Assembly (NCBI RefSeq): GCF_006345805.1
Contig: NW_021829065.1
Span: 1 to 7,034, forward strand
Direction of reading: 5' to 3'
DNA length: 7,034 nt
Source of the DNA: Octopus sinensis
Taxonomy: Eukaryota
In this document: positions 6,645-7,034 of the stretch, piece by piece
How the letters are laid out: every line of letters starts with the position of its first letter
How positions within the stretch are numbered: the first letter of the stretch is position 1
Translations under genes and position numbers: made by a program
Notes under the pieces: generated by a model
Databases searched by the model: none
Told to the model about the DNA's origin: nothing
What the model saw: only the letters and a program-made list of their open reading frames with translations

Positions 6645-6810
6645 CTTTTGCTTTGTTTCAATCATCGCCCATTCTGGAGCACCAACATGAAGATTTCATA
6701 ATCGATCTGTATTTATTTATGCATGGCCTTTATTTCATTGATCACTAGTGTATCGAGTCAGTAATCATTTTACATTAAGTCGTTCGGTACAAAACAATTA
6801 AACACCTTCG
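6645..6810. mobile_element. Possible highly decayed interspersed-repeat (SINE-like) remnant
   Basis: TTGTTTCAATCAT...GCCCATTCTGGAGCACC...TGAAG resembles my memory of a common octopus repeat; there is no internal second copy to confirm it. Confidence 0.25.
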
Positions 6811-6886
6811 TTTTCACCTGTTCAGGTATGTGCGGACGAGCATATATATATGCGTGTAAACATGTTGATATAGTCATCTGTGTTTG

Positions 6887-6917
<31 letters not shown>

Positions 6918-6921
6918 ATCT
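6887..6921. repeat. (CT)n microsatellite
   Basis: Pure CT run followed by CTAT variants. Confidence 0.95.
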
Positions 6922-7009
6922 CGTTCTCTTTTTCTTACTCTCACTCTATATCTAATTACCCCCCCCCCCGTTTCTCTCTATAACACATCTTTATCTACCA
7001 CTCTTTCTA

Positions 7010-7034
7010 AGGCGACGTGCTGGCAGAAACGTTA
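7010..7034 (+). mobile_element. 5' end of a third tRNA-derived SINE copy, cut off by the window edge
   Basis: AGGCGACGTGCTGGCAGAAACGTTA matches the 5' end of SINE copy 2 (GGGCAGCGAGTTGGCAGAATGGTGA) at 17/25 positions, including A-box TGGCAGAA. Confidence 0.65.

Noticed and set aside
6823-6831. CAG|GTATGT strong splice-site-like motif
   Set aside because: Isolated; no credible exon with an open frame and a partner splice site nearby.
1-7034. CRISPR array or prokaryotic operon
   Set aside because: No repeat-spacer array or prokaryotic gene structure; all content is eukaryotic repeat DNA.

Overview
AT-rich, microsatellite-dense animal genomic DNA. The repeat content suggests an octopus or other coleoid cephalopod; this is recognition from memory, not a database result. 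No intact protein-coding gene is supported, and almost every ORF in the track is a simple-repeat artefact. The real content is retroelement debris and fold-back structure. (1) A Penelope-like element (PLE) 3' fragment carries a near-intact minimal hammerhead ribozyme at 498-532. (2) A second, decayed PLE at ~4170-5393 has a frameshifted GIY-YIG endonuclease (LVY-x12-YIGQT...VWQLK...PYN...CRL...CPH). It is bracketed by an inverted terminal-repeat pair (98/120 identical, ungapped), and each copy carries an atypical hammerhead-like motif. (3) A spacer-less ~153 bp palindrome lies at 3491-3643. (4) A head-to-tail pair of tRNA-derived SINEs is delimited by three AGCC(T/A)ATAAT copies exactly 222 bp apart, and a third SINE starts at the window end. 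(5) A Helitron/DINE-1-like 5' end sits at ~3712-3840. Weak candidate promoter and exon signals are reported at low confidence.
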